Shown piece after piece: positions 1 to 10,105 of a stretch of DNA of 20,000 nt. The DNA comes from Catajapyx aquilonaris (taxonomy: Eukaryota): the NCBI GenBank assembly GCA_000934665.2, contig KZ538473.1:48786-68785 (forward strand), in the 5' to 3' direction. A program made the position numbers and the translations under genes. Below the pieces are notes generated by a model. The model ran no database searches and had not been told where the DNA came from. It saw only the letters and a list, made by a program, of their open reading frames with translations. The stretch's first letter is position 1. The number at the start of each line of letters is the position of its first letter.

Positions 1-125
1 ATTTAAGCCTGTCAATGTAAATGAAATGTTGCATACTCTTGTAACACGATGAAAGGACGTTAGGCACGATGGAAAAATCTGACCCGGGAATACACATAAT
101 ATACCTCAAACATCTGTCTTGTCAA

Positions 126-137
126 TTTTTTTTTTTT
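126..137. repeat. Poly(T) homopolymer, T12
   Basis: Twelve consecutive T read directly (gtcaa-T12-ccaaat); the longest homopolymer I noticed. Confidence 0.9.
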
Positions 138-3100
138 CCAAATGAAATTTGGGATTGGTTAAAATTTATAAATGCGACCAGTTTATATTGCATGAAATAT
201 CCTCTACCGTGTGTGTAACCCAAAGCCAATGCCCTGGGAAAATGTTAGAATAACGTCCATAATGAATTTTGATAGGCGACGAATCCATGTGCGACAGAAT
301 AGCATGCGGATTTAACCCGACATGCATTAGCGCGTTCTATTATAGCGTTTCACCCTCCATGAAATTTAGCAAATCACCATGCGGTAAGCTGAATAGAGGC
401 ATACAGTTTTTCTTTTTCTCCCTGTGGAATCAAATACATTGGCACACTGGTTGATGCAAATCAGGAACGTGGTGAATGTAAAGTTTCGATAGATTTGCTG
501 CGGTCTGTAAAATTTTACATTTGAGCCCGAGTTACACGGATACATGATGAATTTGGGGTCTCTTGACATAGCCTCCCTTCTCCACAAAAAAGGGTAGGAA
601 AAAATGGGCGAGGTTCCACGGTGCAACTCGGGTTGAACTTATTCTGGAGACCTGGTCACGTCCTACCCTCAACTCACCCCCTTCTCCGCAACTCCCCCAC
701 CTTCCAGTAGGGGAAAAAAGGGGGAATCTGGGGATGATGTTTGGGTGAAGGTGGCGGGTGGGAATCCCATCTCCTCCCCGCCTGTTAACTCCTCCCTTAG
801 CTTCATTCGGATGCAAATGCTGATTCATCTTCATTTAGAAAGCGGCAAAGCCCGGAAGCATTGGCTGTGAGTGACAGGCCCACAAGTGCTGCTGCTGCCG
901 GCGGGGAAAAGAGTTATCGGGGGTGGGGGCCATGTTGGTGCGCGTGCCAACTGGCCCGCCAGACAAGAACCCTTTTGCTATCCCCATGGAGATGAGAGTC
1001 CACTTTCCCACTTGATGGGATCGGAAGGAGACACCCAAAAAAACGGCAGAGCGTTCAAAAGGATTTTCAACCAAAAATTGTGCAAATGGCGAATGTGGCG
1101 AACCTTTTTGCTTGTGATTGTACGTACAGTTCCCCTGCTGATAGTTCGATAGGAACTTGATAGGCATATCGCTGACATATTCTGCCGATACCTTAGGCTA
1201 ATGCATAGGCTGGGTTCCAACTGGGTTTGACTTATCGAATAAGTCCCTGGACACAGTGCTTCCACGCTTTGTTTATCGCTCGTTTTAATCTGGGGTTAGC
1301 TGAAGCTGGGGACTGGCAGAGGTCAACTAGGGTGTCGATCAAACGAGCCCATTACAGCGTCAGTTAGCTTACAATTGAGGTAGGAAACGACAACTGAGTG
1401 ATAATGCGGTCAATTTTTGCTTCATACAAGCCAGTTTCGCCGGCACATCGGATGTATTGCGTGTCGGGTCGTAATCAGTATCCCACGTGACGATCCAATC
1501 CCACTCTCGAGAATCGTCGCTTTGGGAATATTCCGGGATTATATTACTATCAGCGGAAGTGTGGCACTTGTCAGATCCAACTTTGTTTACCCAAGCATGT
1601 TACGGCAACATGGATGCATATTTGGAGACCAGAATGGCAACAATGATTTTCCTTTGAACCCCTTCCAGTCCGGACTTGATCCCATGGATTGGCTTATCGA
1701 TCTGCTGGAATTAACGGTCGGTTATTAGGCAGACAGAACAGAGAATACGAAGCGTCCTAGGGGTATGAATAAACAACATTCTAGAATCGACAATAGACGA
1801 GTGTATGGGTATACGTAGTATAGAGGCAAGCCTAAAGGCGGATTCGTTTAGCAGGTTCTAAAGCGCCATTTTACTGCTCCACAGTCTCTTTTTTTATCGT
1901 TACTAATACCCTTTGACGTACTAATTGAAGGCCATGCGTCTTATTACTTCAGAATTACGATCCCGGCATAATAAATCAAGTTTGCGGTGGCTTCACAAGG
2001 ACTGGATCCAGGATCGTTCAGGGGAAAAGTTGGCCCATTAAACACCGGATTCATGGGCTGCGGGGATTGACAGGCACAACGCCGCTCAGTTTGCTTTCAG
2101 TCGTTTGCGTCGTATAAAATGGCCAATCACAGCTTTCCTCTTCCTGCACCCTGTAGTCTCTCTTTTTTTCCGGGTGTGTGCTTGGGCCATTTGCAGCACT
2201 TTGGAGCCCTAGCCCTTTTTATCGCCCGTTTTCATCATTTAAGCCAATTACAAAACACAGCTACTGAGGGAGACACTGTTATGTTATCGCCTTTTGCTCC
2301 AATACAGACATTCTCTTTGCGATTTGTTCATTTTGGATCCTATTTATTCCAATTTTACACCACGTATTGTATACTTAACGAGTCGCGCAAATTTTAGTTA
2401 TTTAATTATTCATTTGATTATCTGCCTGTATGGGTTGATTGGTTGGAATCCACCTAACGATAATAAGAATGGCCCTGATGGACGATCTCAACATGCAGCC
2501 TTATAATGTAACATAAGGCGTTCATTTCCTGTGTAAAGGGCATTCGATGAAATGGAAATGTGTGAATTGTTAGCCCGTTTGTTATTAGTGGGTCTGGTGA
2601 ACCGATGAAGGTGGTGTGAGGCAAACATGCGCTGTGGGCCTAGACCGCTCGTGTTTTTGCTGCGGTATTTGTGCTGCATATGTGGTGCGTGTTGGTAAAT
2701 CCCACCGGCGCTGGTTGGAATAATTAAAGTCGGATCTTTTTCCCGGCCACATCTTTGATCCATATTCTGTTTTCGCACAATTGATTCCGTTGTGGGGATT
2801 ACAAGTCCATCGAAACCTGTGTACTGGCAAGCTCCACCACGACACATTGAGTTCGCCGCATTCCCATTACACTTCTCTGCTATTCTCTCGATCATCGGGA
2901 TTCTTTCGGTGCCGCTGGTGTAAGCAGGTAATGTTACGCTGCATTTCTTCCGGATTTTTTTCATTTCAGATGAAACCCATCCATACCATTCATAACGAGC
3001 CAGCAATCCGGGATTTTTTTGTCATCACTACCCCATAAGCAAGTTTCTGCGGAAACTTAACCCACGATAGGCTGCCCTGATGAGAATACGTGCTTAATAT

Positions 3101-5280
3101 TTCAAGTTTTGGGTCCTTTTCTCACGTGATGCCAAGTGTGAACACACCTTTAATAGACCGAATGGTAATGGGAGCAGCAGGTTTGGTTCCCGTAACTACA
3201 TACTGTACGCAACATGGCCCATAATTCAGTATTCTGCGGAGTAAGTAGACTAATTCTCCCCTGGCGCAGTCTATTAGTTTTCCATTGAGTAATTTGAGGC
3301 CAATGACTAATGTGCGGGCATTGTATTCGGGGAGTGGGTGACAAATCCCTGCTTTTCTCTCTGCCGAACTAATGGGAATGATTGGGGGGAACGCTGCATT
3401 AGCGGAAGGCAATATGATAGCACCTAGTGCAATTGACAAGGGCCCAACGTCGAATTTATTATGTCACCCGGTCGAATTCAATAGCTATTGGCGGTTAGTA
3501 AATGTGATTGGCCAGGATCGGAATAATGTCAAATATTTCGCCGGCTGCAAGCAGCCTGGATTCGAAAGTAATTAGGTTTATAAGTCCGTGCGGTCAATTG
3601 TAATTACCAGTGATCTCTGGTCATCTGCACACGCTGCGTTGGGACTCATGAAAAGGATGCAATTGTAATTGAAAGCGAGGGCAAAAAACGTGGGCCTTGC
3701 CTAGCATAAAATTGGAATTAGTGCAGCAGGTTTTTGTGCATTTCACGCTTTATTTCATTGGCTCTTTTTTTCCCATGGAAGACTGGGGTTGGTACTGACA
3801 CGAGTTTTGACCTCTTCCTACCCGCTTGGGGACTTGTATGGCGGATGGGTTTTCACGGTTTTGGTGTCGCTAATTAATATGGTTTTGAGACACTGTTTGA
3901 ATTCTGACAAATGACGTTTTTATACTGTCTCGTCTGCCATGTACGGCTGGAAATAAATGGAATCTGTCACTTCTGGACGTAAACAGGTAACACCATTTCT
4001 GTGACATGTGGACATGACGGATTAGTATTGTGCGATGATTAGTGTGGCGCGCCGTTTAATAAGAAGAGATGAGCGGAACAGGACAACGCTGAAACAAAAT
4101 GGCTGCCTACAATATATTTGGAATGAACAATTGGGATGCCACTCTTCCCCGGCCATGTAGGCTACACTGCATCAACAATACATTTTGCAGACTGAAAATA
4201 ATGTGGACCCCACGCTGTAGATTTTTTTCCATATTTTCCTGCAAGGTATATAAATAGCGGACGTAATTTCCAGCTTATAACTTCAGAGTACTGTCCCAAG
4301 TCGACACAGGAGGTACGAGGGGAAATCAATAATAACGTTCTTGTATTTTTTGCTAACTCGTCTATGAAAAGCCCGGGCTGGGATATAAGAATGAAAGTAT
4401 ACACATTTTTATTTTTCAACATTTGGAGACATTTATTCAGTTGTCCCAACGACGAACAAGTTTAGCACAACCTTTGTCGTGATGACCTATACAGCACAGA
4501 GTTAAATAAATATTAGAGTAGTAATAACACTATAAGGTGTATTTGGAGTGCTAGGAAAGACTGATGCCCAAAAAGTAAAGCCGGAACCGCAGGAATTCTC
4601 TGAAGACGTCACAAAACTCGTAAGTGCTGATATATGGCCTCCACCTTCGCAGTCGCTGAACGTCGCCTGCCTGAATATAGCTATAAAAATTTTACATTTC
4701 CTGTGGGGCTGTGATACCTCTTCTTTATTTATTCACGCAATGCCGATGCCCACCACATGAAGCCTATAACTTCTAATAATGTTATGTCGACACGTAGGTT
4801 TTTCCTCCCTGCCCCCATTTTAATTCCTTCCTTGTTGGTTGTAAAGCTGGTGAAGTGACTTTGACCGAACTTGTCTTGCCTGAATAGAGGCCCGAGAACA
4901 AACCCCGTAATTAAACCGGGAGGCGAGTCTCAAGGGCCGATTAAGTGAGCCCCATGCTATTGTTTCAGTGGTAGGGGGAGTCTGTTGTCTCAATAGTCCT
5001 CTCGGTGACATCTCAAGTGTTACCATTTCATTGTTTCAACCGCATTAAAGGAAGGAGGGGTAGGCGGGCGGCTTTCCTGCAGTTTCCATGGGGAGACAAT
5101 TCCTGTGGCAATCATGGATGAACACCACCCATTTTTCTTTCTGGCTCCCCGAATTTACACTCGATCCCGGTCCAAGTTACGCAGCAACATGTGTGGCCAA
5201 CTGGAAATTACCTCCAGCTAACGAAAACAAATCACGAAGCACGGGTCAGGCTAATACTGCTGCTGGAACCATAGGCAGCA

Positions 5281-5296
5281 GGGGAGGGAGGGTGGG
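5281..5296 (+). other. Canonical G-quadruplex-forming motif (GGGG-A-GGG-A-GGG-T-GGG)
   Basis: Four runs of at least 3 G separated by 1-nt loops, read directly; a fifth run GGGG lies at 5304-5307. Folding or function in vivo is not shown. Confidence 0.7.
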
Positions 5297-6369
5297 AAGA
5301 GAAGGGGTGGCAAAAATGATTATCCGGCCACATGTCGTGACATCCTCTCCTAGTAATTAGTTTAAAGCAGACGTTAAAGACCAGGTCTCTTTAAAGCCCA
5401 ATTTCAAATTAGGGGGTGCTCTAGCCCCCTGGGATTACTTGATCCCATTACTGTCACACACATCTCATTTGTTCCCTGGCGTCATCTGAGTGTCAGTGGC
5501 TGACAAGTGACGTCATACCGTCATTTACATATAGGCCTGAACGTATCACGCATACAGATTTTGCGGAAAAATTACTTGATTCCAACGACGTCCAACATAT
5601 TGGACCAGTATTACTTCCGAAAATCAACGTGCCCCATACAGTTTCATATTGCCTCACGAAAATATGCATAATATGTCTTGCAAGTTCCTGACAGAAGCAA
5701 TATAACACCCCTGGCCAAGGGAGAATAGCAGAAGGAGTAGTATACGGAATCGATATCTGTGAAAATCGGGGGGGTCTCCAGGTAATATCATGGCTCTCCA
5801 TTGTGCCAGGCAGGAGGGCCAAGATTGTGTGGAGGACCCAGTGGGAATATGGACAGGGCCCCCTTGGCAGAGGTGGAGACCGGAACCGTTTCAATTACTC
5901 TGATCGCGATGTATAGTCAGAACTTGGCTGCTTGCTGATACCTCTCAAAAACCTCGTAGCGAATTATTTTCTCGTATATTTTTGTTACTTTAAGTCGCGA
6001 CAAAAATCGCCTCACATCCTGGTATTACGCAAATATATTACAATATAGGCCTGCTTAATGCGAAATTTGTCAGATTTATTGGAGCTCTCGACCAATTTTT
6101 TGTATGTAAAAATGCAGGGTGACAAATATTGCCAGCATGATAAATGACATCCGAATGGCTTAACGCTTCAGGGATAGTCGATGCGTCCTGAAAAGCCGTC
6201 TCTTGGGCTGCCGAATCAATTATCTTCCCGCCTTGTTGTCGCTTCGGTTGAATCAGGTCATGGCTTTTAAGCACCTGTACATCAGATCATTTTGGTTAGT
6301 CCTAAATCATGGTGTGCAACTAGTTACACCGCGTACCGTTCCCATGGATCCACCTACATATCACTCTTT

Positions 6370-6388
6370 TGCCACATATGCCACATAT
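6370..6388. repeat. Short tandem duplication, 9-nt unit (TGCCACATA)x2 + T
   Basis: tgccacata tgccacata t read directly. Confidence 0.7.
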
Positions 6389-6445
6389 AAGGTACAAGAC
6401 AAACGTTTATGTCTCGAAAGTCACACAGGTCAAAACTAATATGCT

Positions 6446-6477
6446 CCAATATTAATCAATCCATTGAATATTATTGG
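6446..6477. repeat. Imperfect inverted repeat, 15-nt arms with 2-nt spacer
   Basis: CCAATATTAATCAAT (6446-6460), CC, ATTGAATATTATTGG (6463-6477); 13 of 15 positions are complementary. Confidence 0.65.
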
Positions 6478-9400
6478 GGAAATTTTTTAGCACTATTTGT
6501 AATTTTATAATCATTGTATAAGTTTAATACAAGACATCAAAGAGATATTTCCTTAGTTTGAGGCACAACGTGTGTTATCACTTTTCCCATGCGCTCATAA
6601 CATAGAATTATTCTCAGGTGTAAACGTGTAAAATGTTCCAGGCTTGCCTTCTTATCGACCTCCACACGGAGGTCACATAGTCTCCTGCGAGACCTCCTAA
6701 CTGACCTGTATTATAAAGTGCGGTGTAATATCTTAACAAATGTGCTAAATAAATTGTGCACCCATTTCGTGTTTAGTGCAGCTTTGCAGGTGAAGCGCAA
6801 GTCGTAAAAGACGCAGAAGGGCGTGAAGATAATGTCATCCTCTATGACCAGGCGCCATTTCCTAATCAACGTATTCTCATTACCCCTCCGTGGCTCCGTC
6901 AGCTTTGCATATCTAATTTTTTAGTCGCCCATGACTGCAATTAAATTCTAACATTATCGCACTAGAGACCTAAAAAATGACCCGCTTTTGCTTCAGTTTT
7001 CACCGCATTTTCCGCATACGGTCCACTAGAGTCCTTCTAAGAATGATGGCGTCCTCGAGATTTATAGACCAATAAAATAATGAATCGCGAAATTTTGTGT
7101 GGGATTACATTGCAGGAATGTAAGATATTCCCTTCCGCTTCTTTCTGTTATAAATCTTTAATCTTCGTCAACCTAGAACCTTCGGGGACAGCCACGGCTT
7201 AATTGTTGTGTCTAATGAGGGCGTTACCCTTGGCAATACTTTACCGCGTGGGAAGATGGGCGGCAGTCAACACTTTCCAATACACCTCTTTTGCCATTAA
7301 CATACCCTTATCATCCAGATTTTCACGCTCGTAAATGAGATTTCTAACAGGTAAATGTAATTTGTGTACTTACCATGTACGGCGGTGGCGACACAAAGTA
7401 ACAACAGAAGGTATTATCTGACCAGTTTGGATCAAGTGACATTAGGTACGCACAATGAAGTTGTTATCAAGTCGGCTAACTTGTTTTTTCCCCCCTTTCG
7501 GTTTCGTGATGTAGTGGCTCACAAAGCGTGAGCTGAAGGAGGATTTGAAACCAAAAATTTGAAGTAGGCCTACAGAGGGTGGATGCAACGCTTGATTTAA
7601 CATGCATTTTCTGGTATTCAATTGTAGCAAATGACGGAGCGGAAAAAATCCAGCGCTATTATAGAGACAGCTCCTAACAACTGGGTTGGTCCGTTGATAG
7701 AACTGAAGAAAGTATTGCCCATAAAGTCTACTTTCTAGTTTTTCTAGGGCTGACTGAGTGTTGCAAGAAATGCCCCCAGAGGTGGTGCCATGATAATGTA
7801 AAAACATATTAGAAGTGCCTGTCCCTTTACATGTCACACTTGCCGTTATGACTCGGAGCAGAATATTGCTCTTTTGGCATTTGGCAAGGTGGTTTCAGGA
7901 CCGGTAATGAACGAAGCTGAGACTACTTCACAAGAATCGCAAATTCAACGGTTGGTTCCTTCCAGATTGACCTGTATAAAAAGGGCATACTGCGTGTACG
8001 AGCTCATTAATTTTCGCGAGTTACTGGTTTTTCTGGCAAGGGAGAGTGCGGAGACTGGTCATAATATGAAACGATATACGTTTATTGCAGGGTGGGTTCC
8101 TTATTTTATGTACAATGTATAATATGCGTACATGTCAGTTGGAAATTTGACCCGGTCGTACAAGTTGGTAAGCAGCTTTAGAAGATGACCTTGGAGTTCT
8201 GTTTTTTTTTGCTCAGGTCCCTTTGAAGCAGCGAATTTCAAGGAAGGGTGAGAATATTGGCCTAACTTTCCTGCACGTCATCCTCTTTTGAGGAGAAACT
8301 GTGGCACAGACATTCCTTCAAAAAAATATTTAAGCATAGGCACAAAGAGAGAGGAAGGAAAAACAGCTTTGCTTCATTACCGTAGAAAAATTCGGCTGAG
8401 CTCTGCACGGATTCAGCCGTAACAGGATTTCCGACATTTTGGCGTATTTCTGGAGCAAAAATGGGAGGGGGGTTGACAGGTGGTAAAATGGCATGTCGCA
8501 ATTTCCTCCGAAATGGAGGTGTAAGGTAACAGTGCAGCAAGCCGTCAGGGTTATATCATGGCGTGAGTTATGTTCCTCCCCCGAGGTGGAGAAAGCAGTC
8601 AATGTGCGACCTTCCATCTAGAGTTCTCAGAGACGAACAATCGGACGGTATTTGGCTCTAGCATCGTCAGGCATATGAAGACTGAATGAAATGAGACGAG
8701 TTTTCCCTTTTCAAAGTCACGAAAGCCTCCAGCTTGCTGTTTGCCAACTCTACAACAGGACTTGTGGCAGGAGAAAAACTACCCGCCTTCATGAGTCATT
8801 TTCTCGTTTGTCGGCATTTTTTGCTGCTGTGTTGTTGATATCATCAGAACTGACCATTCCGCTCATCAACTTGGATATCCTTTCCCAATCCATTTTTTTG
8901 ACTGTATCCTATTGACCCATGGTGGACATTACGATATGTCAATTGATATGTTTGTTCTTGAGTCAACCTGCGAACCGACTGCTTTTGTTCACTCACAATC
9001 TGAAATATTTCTTACTCGAGATATTGCATAAGTAAACTTGTCACTTGCACAATGCTAGCTAGTACGACTAAAACTGGGCAAAAATATTTCATGTAGAATT
9101 TTTTCCCATCGGTCTGCATTATTATCGACCAGCACAACTGGGATGAAACAAAACGAAGCAATTTGCGTGGCACTGCTGGTTGAAAGCATGTGCTGTAAAC
9201 GTTTGACAAGTGGCATGTGCTGTTGCTGAAATTTTTAACACCTGGAGGTGTATGACATATATCGGCTTCCCTTAAATAAGAAAAAAAATAGCCAGGATTT
9301 GAATAGCCTAGTGCAGCATATGTAATTCTCTCCGGCTGAACCACGAGCCGGGCATTTCGGATGCACGTAGTCGATACTAACGTGCGTGAATTACACGGAC

Positions 9401-9685
9401 TTATTGGAACTGCTCCTGGGATGCCATAAACAGGGCAGGCACAAGCGTGTGTAAAGCTGACATGAGTAATTAAGCTGTAAAAATAATGGTAACTGCTGTA
9501 AGAACATGCAACGGAATGATGACTCGAATTGGGTGTGCGAGAAGCACTTTTATTGTAGCGTAGACCTACTAACACTTGAAGACGCGGTTGCTTGTCTTGG
9601 AGGCCTCCCAGGTACATCAAACAGATGTGGGGCAATAGCGTGGCAGTTTGATATTTCGGGATGGGCACATCGAACCCGAGTAGAT

Positions 9686-9700
9686 GGATAGAAATTGGCC
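9686..9700 (+). repeat. Direct repeat copy 1, GGATAGAAATTGGCC
   Basis: Exact 15-nt match to 10091-10105. Confidence 0.8.
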
Positions 9701-10090
9701 TGCAAGTCGTAGCCAGAGATGATAAAAGTGTAGTGTAACATGGCAGAAGAGTCCGGCGTATGATCTGGTCTGGGTAAAAAAGGGGTTTGTGTGGGCCGCA
9801 CTTGAATAATGAGGGCCATAAAGCCGGGAAAGATAGCACTCAGCGCTGGAGTCCCATCTGCAGCAGGAAGGCAAGCGCGTCTCGCAAAATTCCTCATGCA
9901 TTCATGTCTTGAATGCAAATGTGGACTTTTGACTGGGGAACCAGCTGACCTCTACCCCACCCGTCTCGCACGCACAACTTTTTTTTCTCCGGCTACGTAC
10001 ATATTATTTTGGTGGAACAGGTTGTCCGGGGCTGGGCACGTTGTTGTATGTCCTCCAATGACCCTGCGATTGACCCGGCCAATTGCAGGG

Positions 10091-10105
10091 GGATAGAAAT
10101 TGGCC
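10091..10105 (+). repeat. Direct repeat copy 2, GGATAGAAATTGGCC
   Basis: Exact 15-nt match to 9686-9700, 405 nt downstream. Confidence 0.8.

Noticed and set aside
2488..3006. 172-aa minus-strand ORF
   Set aside because: Non-ATG start, no recognisable motif, and overlapped by ORFs in other frames; consistent with a chance ORF.
3122..3439. 105-aa minus-strand ORF with a hydrophobic, signal-peptide-like N-terminus
   Set aside because: Short, no family resemblance, no supporting start context or neighbouring genes.
3595..3675. CAATTGTAATT repeated 65 nt apart (3595-3605, 3660-3670), the second copy running into ATTGAAAG like the 3' end of some CRISPR repeats
   Set aside because: Only 11 nt are shared, there are only two copies, no third unit lies at +/-65 nt and no cas-like ORF is present; not a CRISPR array.
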